NCBI GenBank assembly: GCA_951406725.2
Contig: OX597822.1
Location: 47,616,001 to 47,680,000 of the forward strand
Direction of reading: 5' to 3'
DNA length: 64,000 nt
DNA from: Octopus vulgaris
Lineage: Eukaryota
Part shown: positions 13,715 to 27,541 of the stretch, piece by piece
How the letters are laid out: the number at the start of each line of letters is the position of its first letter
How positions within the stretch are numbered: the first letter of the stretch is position 1
Notes under the pieces: generated by a model
What the model saw: only the letters and a program-made list of their open reading frames with translations
What the model was told of the DNA's origin: nothing
The model's database searches: none
Position numbers and translations under genes: made by a program

Positions 13715-13915
13715 TTGTGTTTTCGGACTGTACGATAGGTGGAGGACAATTGACCATTCAGTTTGCCGATTGCCTGACTTGTTGCCAAAGATATGTGTGG
13801 TCACTCATTATCATGGTGAATACAGATCATTTTCAAATTTTTGTCCAGTCTCTTCTTCTTAATGGCTTCTCTAAGCTTTTTGAGGGTGTCAATGTACCTG
13901 TGGCTGTTCACGAAT
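13715..13915 (-). pseudogene. mariner transposase fragment
   Basis: Minus strand translates VNSHRYIDTLKKLREAIKKKR...IHHDNE*PH, then HLSYSP after a frameshift (HDNARPH and HPPYSPD motifs). A SINE abuts it at about 13918. Confidence 0.75.
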
Positions 13916-14499
13916 TTAGGCGCAAGCGTGGCTGTTTGGTAAGAAGTTTGCTTCCCAGCCACACGGTTCCTCGTTCAGTCCTATTGTGTGGCGCCCCGGA
14001 CGAATATCTTCTACTACAACCTCGGGCCTACAAAAGCTTTCTGACTGAAACTGAAAGAAGCCCGTCATGTATATGCGAAAAAATCCACAACCTTCCCTCT
14101 AAATACACCACAATTGTCCCTGAAATTTTTTTTTTAAAACCTTTACTACGGATTGCTTGGAGCCCTAGCGCCCCCACCCCAAATAACCATCACAAACGTA
14201 GAACTCTTTCTGAAGCAAATTCAAAGCAACTGTAGTTAGCAAATAAAAGTTAACCTAATAAACCCATTATTTTGTTGTTTTTATATGAATCATTACCCCG
14301 TTATTGCCCCACATTTTACATGAATTGCTACCTCATTGTCGCCCTTTTTCCTTCAACTTTCCAGTTCCCCTAAGGGGGCAATACCGCCCACTTTGAGAAC
14401 CACTGATATATAGGCTTATACGACTGCAGACCGAAAAGTACTGCCGCTATAAAAGTGTTGCCCCGGGTGAACCGCCATCGCCGCTATCCTACTCCAGCT

Positions 14500-15530
14500 A
14501 CGCTACTGCCTTTACATCTTACAGAAGTTATGCTCAAGCTCTGCCAAAGTGGCAGTGTCCAGTGCCTCATATGAAACCACTAACTGAATATTGCTGATTT
14601 CAGCTTTAGTTCTTGGTGTTATTAGTATCTCTTATCCCTTGTGTGTCTTCACTAAAATCTTCTTCTATAACCACGAGAAAATGTCTTTGTTCGCGTAATC
14701 TCTCGCTGGCTATTATAATGTTTTTGTACCATGTCCAGATCAGAGGGTAACACTGGGTGGCCAAGCTCACACAACATATTATACCATTGTTATTATCTGT
14801 TTGGATGCCACCTTGGGGAGCAGGTGCCTTGTTCAAGATTTGTTGCGCCTTAACTTCATTAGTAGACAGTCTGAAGACATCTTCCAGGTATTTACTTATC
14901 GCAAGAATATGCAAGAAAACGTAGGCATGCAAATTGAGTCACCATTTCTTGGAAAGTTCATAATTCACTAGTTACTGGTTTTTGAAAACTCAAAGTCGTA
15001 CTCGTCGCCCTGCTATCACTAACTTACAGAGCACCTGTCTTTGCGCAACCCAAAGCCGAAAAACGTTCCTTTTCATTCTGAAAATCTTAGGATAGTAAGA
15101 ACTGCCATTACAACACGGTTTCATCTGCATTTTACTCTTGAGAAATTAAGATCCCTTCACTAAAGATTATTTTATTATCAATTCCATGGTGATTTCTAAA
15201 TCGCCATAACCACCTGTCTCTAGTTTGGAAATTCTTGATGTCCATATGTCTAGCTACATACAGAATCTTGAATTTCCACATGTTATCACCATATGATCGT
15301 TGATAGATAAGTGACTTCATCGCTGCCTCTTCGAGATTTGTATTTTTTACAATTCTTATAGTACCTTTCACCAACATTATATTTCTAAGAATATGTAGTG
15401 AGTTTTTCCATAATTTCGCTTATACAAGAAGATTATATTTTTCACAATCTCTTACTACAAAAACATCAGTTTGCAGTTCATTGAGGGACAAGTTTCTTTG
15501 GATTATTATTTTCCCTTCAAGCCATGATAT
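14500..15530 (-). pseudogene. Second, older pogo/Tigger-like transposase relic
   Basis: RWLWRFRNHHGI (CENP-B HTH), NADETVL*W, ILNKAPAP (LDNAPAH-like). Confidence 0.7.
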
Positions 15531-16071
15531 AAAATGTAAGGTTGAAAGTTAGCTGATCACTGAAATATTAATGAAAATTGCAATGCAACACAGCATTAAT
15601 ACTCAAAGATGGCGACAGAAGTCAACAGTTCTCTTCGGTTTATCCGATATCCAGCTTAACGAAATACATTTTAACGAAGGTGCTCTGTGTGAAATTAGTG
15701 TTAATTTATGTTTCCGTGTAATGCATTTTGCATTGTGCTTCGAGTAATGCATTTCGCGGTGTCTAATCGTATGTCTAATCGTTGGTATGCATTTCATTCG
15801 TGTGGTTTTTGTCTGATTACGGATGTAGTGTTTACTTATTTATTGTGCTGTATTTGTGTTGTATATTATTCTACAACTTGGTCAACTTAATAGTTAGAAG
15901 CACCCGTTATTGAATAGTGTTCATTTTATTCTGGATTTTAAAAATCTAATGCAATGTTACCGCTGTTATTTTGTATCTGTGAGCATTCGCTGTCTCCGTG
16001 CATATGAACGCATTTATTTGTGTCATGATGTTTGTTAAATTCAATCAAAATGTTTAAATTAAAAAGTTGAG

Positions 16072-16340
16072 TTATTGAATGGAGTCATTGGGAGTTTTAT
16101 CTATACTGTCTTGAATATTGGATTTTAGCAGGAAGTGGTTTTCTAGATGTTCCTTTAATTTTTCGACGTCTTCCGGTATGTCCATGAAGACGAATACCTC
16201 GTTCATATAATTTGTGCATTTTGTATGTTTATTTCTTAGTACCACTTTTCTTTCTATTATGACCACAGAATAACGCGAACTTGCGCCTTAAGGGAGAACT
16301 CGTAGCTACTCCATCTTTTTTGTTTATGTAATTTGTCCTC
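16072..16340 (-). pseudogene. Penelope-like reverse transcriptase relic
   Basis: YINKKDGVATSSPL resembles YxQxDGVAMGSPL. NYMNEVFVF resembles RYVDDIF, with the expected spacing across a frameshift. Confidence 0.6.
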
Positions 16341-18319
16341 AGGACAGCTGGCCTCCCTTGTCCCATCCCTCTTCCCTTACCTCTGTTATCCCTCTCCACT
16401 CTTTTCCATTTTATACTAATTTCTCCCTGCTTATCTCTCCTTTCCTTCTCCCTAATTTCATCTGTACACATTACTATTCCTGCTGGTCTCTCCTATCGAT
16501 ACAATACTCAAGTCTCTCTTTACAATTGATCTCCCTAGCTGCTCATCTTACACTGTGCTTATCTTTCTTTACTCTTTCCTTTAACTTATCAATTTTTCGT
16601 TACAAGTCACCCACATTATTACGACTTTTTATAATCAGAGTGCAAATCCGATTGAGGTTAACTTTTGCCTTTCATCCTTCCGGTGTCGATGAAAAAAAGA
16701 GAACTAATCAATTTAAATACATCCTAGATGTGAATGGAATTACAAAGGACAACTCAAAACCTAACTCTTAAATACTCGATTCCGTCTCTTATATTTATAA
16801 CACCTTACTCACTTTATTCTTCATCTCCTACTCGCTGTATTAATCTCCACGTCTTTCTGACCCTCTCTATATAGAATATATCTTAGTATAATCGTATTCC
16901 TCTTTCTTTTTGCCCCTCTCTGTACATGCACTCATCTCTTCCTCCGTATTTACGTATACTCTGTTTTTATACTCTCCCCTTCTGTGTTATTATATACTTC
17001 CTATTTCATACTCTTCACATTTCCCCCCTCTATTATACACATCACTTCATATATACTTCCTTTACACACTATTTTTACTCCTAATCATATTCTTCGCTTC
17101 TTCATTCTCACAACAACATACGCACACACGTACGCACACACGCACGCACACACACACGCATACATACATACACACGCACGCACGCAGTTTCATGCAGCCT
17201 GTATGTGTGTGTGCGTGTATGTATGTGCGCATGTGTGTAATGTATTGTATATTAATCTTAACGCTCGTTCTCGATTTACACCCCTTATTCTTGCCACTCT
17301 TTAAACTCACCCTCTCTGTCTCTTTCCCCCTTTACTTTCTTCCACATTATCTCTTGCACGCGCGCACACACACGCACACACACACACACTTCCTTTATTT
17401 TCTCTAAATGTCAGTAAAACTACGAACTGGCGAAAACGTACACTTATTTCACTTAATAACAAAAACAGAAAAAGAAGAAATAAAAAAAACAAACAATACG
17501 CATAACAATAACCTCCGCCTCCCCATTTAAAACAAAACTATCGAGTGTGCGACAGGGCTGTACGCAGTCGATTGATCTGCTAGAAATAACAGCCATATAT
17601 CTCAAATTACACTTAACATCTACGAAATGGTCATATCGAATTATGTGATGACGGGTAGGTACACTGTGCCCTGTGCTTCAGAAAGACTCAGGACGGTCAC
17701 GGCTGGTATGTCTTTTACTTAGAACAAATCCACAACTGGAATAACACAAGCTCTACCTGCTAGATCTCATACCACGCCGTACTCCCTCTAACAAAAAGTA
17801 GTGGTAGTGGTGGTGCTAGTGGAGAGGAAAGAAACATTGGACAATATATCCTGAGATATAAGTATGCTTTAACATGAAAAAAGAAAAAAAAAAACAGATG
17901 AGATGGTTACTGGTAGTAATTATGATTTTGATTAGTTAAATTTACTCGATTAGGGCTGAGCTGGGCATAAATAAACAACAATGTCTTCTTCAGTTTTCAA
18001 CGTGTCCACTTCTCAAAACAATAAAAAGAACAATAAATACCTCCCCCATTCTTTCTCCTAAAATAAAAAAAAACCTTCAACTAACGTAAGTTTCCCACTG
18101 AGAAATCTAAATCATCTTTGTTTTGTCTCGACTTCGAAAATGTCTTCATGGAAACTCTTAATATAAACTACAAAAATAAACAACGAAGTCTCGACCAGCT
18201 AGAAATAATAGCCAAATCTTTCTTAAATCACCCAGAGTCCTATACTCTTAAAAAAAAAGAAGAAAAACATGTGAAACAACGTAGTCTTCGATACTTTATA
18301 CTTAAAAAAAAAGAAACCC

Positions 18320-18533
18320 GGATCTTGTAAAATTTCTTCCAACCACTTGAAGTATTTCAAATTTCTACTAAATGTAGTTTTGCATATTGATAACGACGAC
18401 CGCATTAATTTTTTTTCTTGAAATTAATAAGGAAGAAGTTTATATCAGTGTAGAAAATTTGAAAAAAAGAAAAAAAAAAATCTGGTGAAAATTTAAAATA
18501 CTTCAAGTGGCTGGAAGAAATTTAATAAGATCC
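18320..18533. mobile_element. GGATC-terminated MITE with about 45-bp TIRs
   Basis: GGATCTTGTAAAATTTCTTCCAACCACTTGAAGTATT / AATACTTCAAGTGGCTGGAAGAAATTTAATAAGATCC. TSD degraded (5/8). Confidence 0.65.
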
Positions 18534-18879
18534 AAAATACCTAGACGAGGTAGTTATGTCTGTAACATCTTAACTCATAGGCCTCCTGAACCACTACTGA
18601 CCAGGGGCTAAACAGCAATAACAGCAACAACAACAACGAGCAATCACAATTATCTCTACGAGTTCCCATTGTCTGCAGATTTCTACGAGGAACAGGAGAC
18701 AAATAGTTTTTAAAATACCCTTTAAATTGTGTTTTATTATTTTTGTTCTGTTGCTGTATATTTTGTTTTCGATTTTCTCTTCTACTGCCGATTGGAATAG
18801 AACATACGCACTGTTAGTTTATTAATAAACGGAACTAGTAACGCTTCTTCACTTCCGAGCACCGTTTGATCAATAGCGG

Positions 18880-18880
<1 letters not shown>

Positions 18881-18940
<60 letters not shown>

Positions 18941-19151
18941 CATACATATATATATACATATATATATATGTATATACATACATATATAGATATATATATA
19001 TACACATACATTTATACATATACATATTCATATATTCATATATATATGTGTATATATATATATATACATACATACATATATATATATATACACATACATT
19101 TCTACATATACATATATATATATACACACATACATTTATACATTTATACAT

Positions 19152-19208
<57 letters not shown>

Positions 19209-19300
19209 CATTTATACATATACATACACACATACATATATATCTATATTTATAATGTTATTGACTTGAGGGCTGACTGTATGAATGTATGTGCGCGTGC

Positions 19301-19345
<45 letters not shown>

Positions 19346-19391
19346 CGTATATATATATATATATATATATACATATACATACATTCATATA

Positions 19392-19435
<44 letters not shown>

Positions 19436-19480
19436 CATATATATACACAGATACATTTATATATATACATACATACATGC

Positions 19481-19515
<35 letters not shown>

Positions 19516-19616
19516 CATACATACATTTATACATAATACATATACACATACATATATATCTATATTTATAATGTTATTGACTTGAGGGCTGACTGTATGA
19601 ATGTATGTGCGCGTGC

Positions 19617-19685
<69 letters not shown>

Positions 19686-19707
19686 TATACATATACATAC
19701 ACATACA

Positions 19708-19755
<48 letters not shown>

Positions 19756-19901
19756 CATATATATACACAGATACATTTATACATATACATACATACATTC
19801 GTATATATATATATATATACGCCTGTAATATTACGTAAGTGACTTAAGGAACGAGTTCCATGAAAATACACACATGTATGTATAATAAAGTTACGCGCGC
19901 G

Positions 19902-19981
<80 letters not shown>

Positions 19982-20036
19982 TATATGTGTGTTTGTATAT
20001 ATACATATGCATATATATATATATATATATATATAT
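18881..20036. repeat. Compound (TA)n/(TACA)n array containing an about 316-bp tandem duplication
   Basis: The unique core TTATAATGTTATTGACTTGAGGGCTGACTGTATGAATG occurs at about 19250 and about 19566. Confidence 0.9.
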
Positions 20037-20149
20037 TGAAGAAATGCTAGTGCTACGTTCCCTCGTGTTTTGTATTTTCCTTGTGTGTATGTACATACAA
20101 AACCTACGCTCTTGTTTGTGTGCTTAGATAACCCTTTCTGTATATGAAC

Positions 20150-20779
20150 GAATGTGTGTTTGCGCACGCGCGAACGTGTTCTCGTAAATACGCCTGTGTG
20201 CTGTAGGGTGTAAATATACGTCTGTGTGTGTATCCGTTCTTGCCTCTGTGTGTGTGTGTGTGTGAGAGTGAGCGCGCGTATGTAAATGAGTGTGTGTGAG
20301 TGAGTGAATGAGAGAAGTAGCGCTCTCTAATGTTTGAAGGTTAGGAAAAAAATACTCAGCACCGCCGCTGTCTTCTCGCTCTCCAACTTAAAGGTTCGTA
20401 GTTTACGTACGTTTGTTTGCTGCTTCGTCATCTTGTGTATCACCATCCTCTTAAGAGAACATACAGAGAATCAGACAGAGAGACGGACATTGTCGACTGG
20501 CGATTGTACGGTTTGTGTTACCCTCTGGGTCACTTTATTACTTCTTTTATCAAATTCGCCTTGCTCGTTCGTCCTACGAACAGCGAAACGAAACCAAAAA
20601 ACGGTTGGCTACTGTATTATTTACTACCTGGATTTAATACATACAAGCACGCACGCACGCTCACACATATTTATATACACATAATCAGACACGCATACAC
20701 ACATATTTTATACATTACAACAACCACAACCACGACGTCCTCAAGGCGGAGTAACTCTTCTAAAAAAACACGATGTCCG
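20150..20779 (+). promoter_or_regulatory. Putative promoter and 5' UTR of the MSL1-like gene
   Basis: Non-SINE, CpG-enriched sequence (GCGCACGCGCG, GCGCGCG) immediately upstream of the coding exon. TSS cannot be determined. Confidence 0.35.
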
Positions 20780-21596
20780 ATGACTGGCAATAGCATAAGG
20801 TCTGACCTGTTGGTCGGCAACCGTGGTCAGTGCATGACGACAACGACCGATGGGAGACAACAAGGCCTGGTCACTCCAGGCCGTAACAACACCACCACCA
20901 CTACTACTACTATTACCACTAACAACAACAGCACCAGTAAAAACACTAGTGTTAGTAGTAGTAGCATCAACAATAACGCTACCAGTGATACTAATATTAG
21001 CTATAGTAGTAGTAGTAGTGTTGGTGGCGGTAGTAGTAGTTGTAATAACAACACCAGTATGTCGCAATTACTTTCGTCTGTAGAGAATGGCGACTTGGAC
21101 GGTGCTTCTGGTGGCTTTAACGCGGATTTGACCTTGCTTCTACCGGATCACCCGAAAAATGGACGGCGCGCGGATGGCAATGATAACACCAGTCTAGGGC
21201 TGACTGTTGCGGCTGGGTGTGAAATACCGCCGAGAGATAACAGCAGCGTCAACAACAACACGCTCGTCACGTTTGGGACTAGTACGGTACTAACGATGGT
21301 CGACAGGGAAGACGGCATCAGAGCAAGTGGCAGCAATCACAACAGCAGCAGTAATAGTAGTAGTAGTTGTAATAATTACAATAACACAAATGTTAAAAGC
21401 GGCAATAATAACGATCTTAACGAGAAGACGAATAACAGCGGTCTTTATTACGCAAACGGATCGTCATTATTCAGTCTGGACGAGGACAGTAATTCGCTGT
21501 CATCGGGTGATCCGAGAGCCAGGATCTCTTCCTCTCATAGCACCACTTTGTTCGGAAACAGTGGCGCGATAGCAGCGGCGGTGGAAACCCCCCCCC
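20780..21596 (+). CDS. MSL1: Probable N-terminal low-complexity part of the MSL1 exon (upstream of the frame break)
   Basis: First in-frame ATG (MTGNSIRSDLL). Open frame with Asn/Thr/Ser tracts of the same style as the downstream part. Joins it if one C of the C9 run (21588-21596) is removed. Confidence 0.55.
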
Positions 21597-22697
21597 GCCG
21601 CCGCCGCCGCCGCCATCTTCGTCGTCTCTACTGTTATTACTACTAATACTACGACTACTACTATTACCGCCTCCTCCTGTTCCACCGCCGTTACAACCAA
21701 CAGCAGCCCCGCCGCCGCCGTCATTACTTCCTCTTTTGACAACAACCACTGCCAACAGATACAAGACTTTTACTCGAACCCGCACCAACACTATCATTAC
21801 AACAACACTAACAAACATAACAACGGTATCATTAATAAGAATAACATCAACAGTAGCTGCTGTTGTTGCTGTTGTTATCTCTCTGCTAGCAGTAGTAGTG
21901 ACTGTAGTGCTGGTATTAGTGGGGGTGATAATAATAATACTAATAATAATAGCAACAACAGTACAACTAATGCTAGTAACATCCATCACTCTGCCATGGT
22001 AACTACCAACACCAGTAACAATAACAACAGTGTCTGCGCTTTCACAGCTACTACAAATAATAGTAAAAATTGTCTAACAAACAACAACAGTAATTATATA
22101 GCAGCGTTGAATAATGTCACCACCACCAGTGGCTTACACGCACCTTTACTAACACCTATAACAGACTTCGACACTAACGCCACAAACAGCTACTATTACG
22201 ACAACAAGACTACTACTACTACTACCGTTACTAACCACAGCAACACTACTACTACCACCTCGTCACCGGTATTGGCCGGGTCGACGACAACGACCACGAC
22301 GATTACCACTTCTACTACCTGCAGCAGTGGCAGTGGCGGCACACTGCCCTTGTCGGCGGCACTCGTGCCTCTGTCGTCGTCGTCTGACATCAACTCACAA
22401 CCGCAACAACAACACAACTCGCAACTTCATCCGCACCATCGTCATCACCACCCGCATCACCACCACCACCATCACAACCACCATCATCACAACAACAACC
22501 ACTACCATCATCACCACTCTCAACAACAACAACACAACATCAGGCCATCAACATGCCAGTTTGCCGAAGTAACGGCAACCGAGGACAAAAATCTCAAAGA
22601 ACTCCTGCTTCTCCATATAGACTTCATTCACCACCAGCAGGACTTGCTTGCACAGAAGGACAGACATATAAGTGATCTCAAGTCGGAAAACGAAACG
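21597..22697 (+). CDS. MSL1: Male-specific lethal 1 homologue, exon ending in the coiled-coil (dimerisation/MSL2-binding) region
   Basis: Frame open from 21573. LKELLLLHIDFIHHQQDLLAQKDRHISDLKSENET aligns ungapped with human MSL1 LKQILLLQLDLIEQQQQQLQAKEKEIEELKSERDT (recalled from memory). Ends at a phase-0 donor ACG|GTAGGT. In-frame GCCATGG at 21996. Confidence 0.85.
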
Positions 22698-22703
22698 GTA
22701 GGT
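22698..22703 (+). other. 5' splice donor GTAGGT opening a long intron
   Basis: MSL1 similarity stops exactly here and the frame closes a few codons later. Confidence 0.8.
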
Positions 22704-23009
22704 GTCTAAATATAAGCATTTTGTGTTGATATTGTTTCTACGGTTTCTTGATCGCCCCCTTTTGTGGATGTTATATGTGGAAAATTAGTTTAACTTGGTT
22801 AAAATTGGGTTGGAAAAAGTTTGACAGTTCTTATGTCAGGCGAAAATAAAAAAAAGTTGGTATCATTCTCTCTCTCACTTTCTCTCTCTCTACACAATTA
22901 AAATCGAAATGGAATATATATATATATATATAGTGGTACAACAAAGCACTAATGTTTACTGGAAATAGCAGTAGATAAATTTATGACGCTATAGTAAAGC
23001 TTCACTGTG

Positions 23010-23947
<938 letters not shown>

Positions 23948-26889
23948 ATGTTATGTTATGTATATGTGTGTGTGTGATAGTTTAGTATCTTCCGCCTCAC
24001 TGTATTGTATGATTCTGTTTCGATTTCAACTAAAGCTAACTGGAAAAAAAGAAGAAAAAAATATTAAATGTCCTTTTCAAATACTATCTTCTCATTGTTA
24101 CCCTTGTGTCCATGAAGTGTTTTCCTCTGAGATCGATCGTGTGTTGAAACTGAAGCAGTTGTGTTGTGCTTCCCACTTATTTCTCACAGGAAAAAAAAAA
24201 TTCTTATACGATTTTACCAAAGATCGTGGAACCCATACAAATATCATCGACAGCCCATTTTTGAATCTATTAAAGGATGAGCTATTACACTCGTGACATG
24301 GGTGTTATAGTTAATCGGCGTACTCGCTGAACGGTTAGCACTACTTCATTAAAAAGGAAAAGGCAAAGAATTGGGTGATTGTTTTCTTCTGTGAAAGAAT
24401 TTTTTGTCCAAAGCATTTAATATTCTACATATTTACCCTCCAATTCTCCATCCTTTTCCAGTGGATTTTTACCGGTACTTTTCTCCATGATGTTATTGGT
24501 GATAGCTAATTCGAAACTCCGCCGATCAACTATTAGACTCGTCTCATGAATGCAATAGTTTTAGTTTATAATTTTTCAGTAAATAAAATTTTTAAAAATT
24601 GGCTGTCGATAATAAGAAAATATATTTGAGGTACCATAATTTTAGTTGGACATTAAATGAAACAAAAATTAAGAGAAAGAAATAGTTCATATATATATAT
24701 GAATACAATATGAAAATGAATTATAAAATATATTATGTTAAATTTTTATCAAAAGACATTTTAATTTCGCAGAACCCTAGAATTTTTTCAAAGAATCATG
24801 AGTAGTGGGGTCGGAAATGGGTCCTTGTATTCAGTTTGAGTAACATTATGCTAGAGCCACATTAATCGTATCACATACTCATGCCTTGTTTATATTCTTC
24901 ACTTTTGCGTAAAGGTTATTCTGCGCGCACGCGCACATACACACACAAATTAATATAATCTGTGTGTATATGTGTATCACATCATTCTTCTTTCGTATCA
25001 CTTCTGATTCTGATGAAAACATTGGAATTGGATTGGAAATGTGTTGTTTTTTAACCCCAGGTCAATTCTGACCGAGCAGATCCTATGGTCAAAGGCATTC
25101 CAACCCATGACCATTCCACCTTTATTTTAGATTTATGTAGGAGAATTACGTTATTTAACGTCCTCTTGAGATAGTAAACTTTGATTTGAGGGAGACTCGG
25201 CTGCTGTTATTTTTTGCATGTTGATCGACCATGTAGAGGCTCTCTCGTTGCCGTTGTTTAACTGCAAGTTAATCCTGATTGAGCGGACATTTGACCAAAA
25301 GCGTTCCAGCCATGACCATTCAGTTTTCGCTTTATGTGCAGGGAATCCAGGAACACGTGTGTCCTTTTTGCTTTGGATGGTAGGGTGTGATCTGAAGAAG
25401 ATTTACTTGTTATTTCTAGCAAGTCGTGCGTCCACGTAGAGGCAGAATTGGTAGAGCGTCGGACAAAAATGTCTTGTGGTATTTAGTTACATCCGCTTAT
25501 GTTCTCAGTTCAAGTTCCACCCAAGTCCATATTAACTTTCATCATTTCGAGAGCATCGATAGAATTAGTATTAAGGGTTGATGTAAATGATCGACTACAG
25601 ACTGCAGCATGGCCATAGTTCCACTGACTTAAACCAGTAACATCAATAACAGTGGCGCAGGTGGAGATGGTAGGGTGATGCGATGCTGTCGGCCCACCCC
25701 GTGCGGCGCTTTTATGGCGAGGGAAACTTTATGGTCTGCTGTATAAGGCGAGGAGAGGGGTGTGTGCAAGTGGAGCGACAAAATCAAGGGCTACCCCGAG
25801 TGGCTCACACCACTGATCCTCCCCCTCCTTCAGACAACCATTATAGAATATTTTGTTCGGCCAATGCTGAACATTGTTTTGTTCTCCAACTCACCGATGC
25901 GCTGCAACTTGGGAGTCCTCAAACGTGCCGCCTCCTCGTTCTTCCTTGTACACAGTTCCTACTGCAGTGGTCTCTATTTTATTACATTTCGCAAGATACA
26001 GACCCCTCAAGCCCTAGCCTCTCGTCAGACATTCTGTGTCAATCACACTAGCTGCCTCATCCAGTCGCTCCTTTTTGGAAGATCTACCCTCTTGTTTTTA
26101 ACCTCCGTTGTTTAGCCCCAGGCCAGCTCTGGCTGAGCAGGCCTATCTTATATTTACTTCAGTCATTGGACAACGGTCATACCATGATACCACCTTGATG
26201 TCATGGCATGGCCGTTGTCCAATGGATTTCAGTACTTTTTTTTTAAATTCTGGTACTAATTCTAGTACCAGAATTTTTAAAAAAAATTCTCTTTCGGTTC
26301 TCTTTTGTCGAACCGCACACTTACAGGGACGTAAACAAACCAATACCAGTTGTCAAGTGCTGTTGGTGGGAGACAAGCACAAAGACATCCATCCGTGTGT
26401 GTGGTGAGCTTCCATACAATTTCTGTCTACAAAATTCACTTATAAGGCTTAGTCGGCCCAGGGCTGTAGTATAATACTGCGCAGTGAGACTGAACTGGAA
26501 ACTATGCGGTTGCAAAGCGAACTTCTTAACCACACAGCTATGCCTGATGAAAAATATTTCAGTTCTGACCAACCTTACTTTCTGTAATGTAGCTCTTCAT
26601 TGGCTAATATTCGATTTCTTTTTAAAGACGACATACAACAGTTTAAGGGTGAACGTCAACCACAAACAGTGTCTCAATCAGTTTCGAATTGCTTGCCAAG
26701 GACCTGTCTTCAGTCCCTTATTGCAAACCGAAACTCTAACCCCGAATTCTTAGTTCTAATTTTAAAAAATCTAAACACTCTTAAAACCTAAAACAATGAT
26801 AGCAGATCGCTGAGAGAGAAATTACTAGAGAAAATTAGCGCCTGATCCCGTAGAGATAAGTCTGTCTTTCAGTTGCTACACTTCAGAAG

Positions 26890-27320
26890 GTAGCGAGGAG
26901 CTGGCAGAAACGTTAGCACGCCGGGCGAAATGCTGAGTGGTATTTCGCCTGCCGTTACGTTCTGAGTTCAAATTCCGCCGAGGTCGACTTTGCCTTTCAT
27001 CCTTTCGGGGGATAAATTAAGTACCAGTTACGCACTGGGGTCGATGTAATCGACTTAATCCGTTTATCTGTCCTTGTTCGTCCCCTCTATGTTTAGCCCC
27101 CTGTGGGCAATAAAGAAATAAGAAACGTTAGCACGTCGGGCGAAATACTTAGCGATATTTCGCCTGCCGTTACTTCTGAGTTCAAATTCCGCCGAGGTCG
27201 ACTTTGCCTTTCATCCTTTCGGGGTCGATGAAATTAAGTACCTGTTGCGTACTGGGGTTGATCTAATCGACTGGCTCCCTTCCCCCAAAATTTCAGGCTT
27301 TGTGCCACGAGTAGAAAAGT
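26890..27320 (+). mobile_element. Family B SINE tandem pair (tRNA-like head, Meta/Nin-like central domain)
   Basis: GAGCTGGCAGAAACGTTAGC...GAGTTCAAATTCC...GCCTTTCATCCTTTCGGGGTCGAT occurs twice, with two different tails. Confidence 0.85.
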
Positions 27321-27541
27321 TGCTACACTTCAAGAAAATCTTACTAAGCACAGTGGGCCTGGAAGGTGTTTTGGTGCTTTTCATCTCATGTTGGGTTGGG
27401 TTCATATAATCTTGGCTATGCACCTGCTGCAGTTGACGTTCAGCTTGAAATTGTACAAGTTGGTGTAAAGTTACAGATCAACCCTGGTTGAGCAGATCAT
27501 AGGCATTCCAGTCATGGTTATCCTGGCGTAAATATCTAACG

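Noticed and set aside
13624-14235. 203-aa + strand ORF
   Set aside because: Chance read-through of the antisense of a mariner fragment plus a SINE.
18670-18690. Minus-strand MGTR start reminiscent of Rab11 (MGTRDDEY)
   Set aside because: Diverges after four residues (MGTRRDNC) and has no GTPase motifs.
20417-20779. 5' extension of the 409-aa ORF
   Set aside because: Begins at TTG, with no ATG until 20780. More likely 5' UTR in a eukaryote.
25680-26090. GC-richer segment with 117-122-aa ORFs
   Set aside because: No recognisable domain or splice signals. Possibly an old LINE fragment, but I cannot support a call.
26890-27000. tRNA-like sequences with A and B boxes
   Set aside because: These are SINE heads continuing into shared bodies and tails. 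No clean cloverleaf or tRNA gene found.
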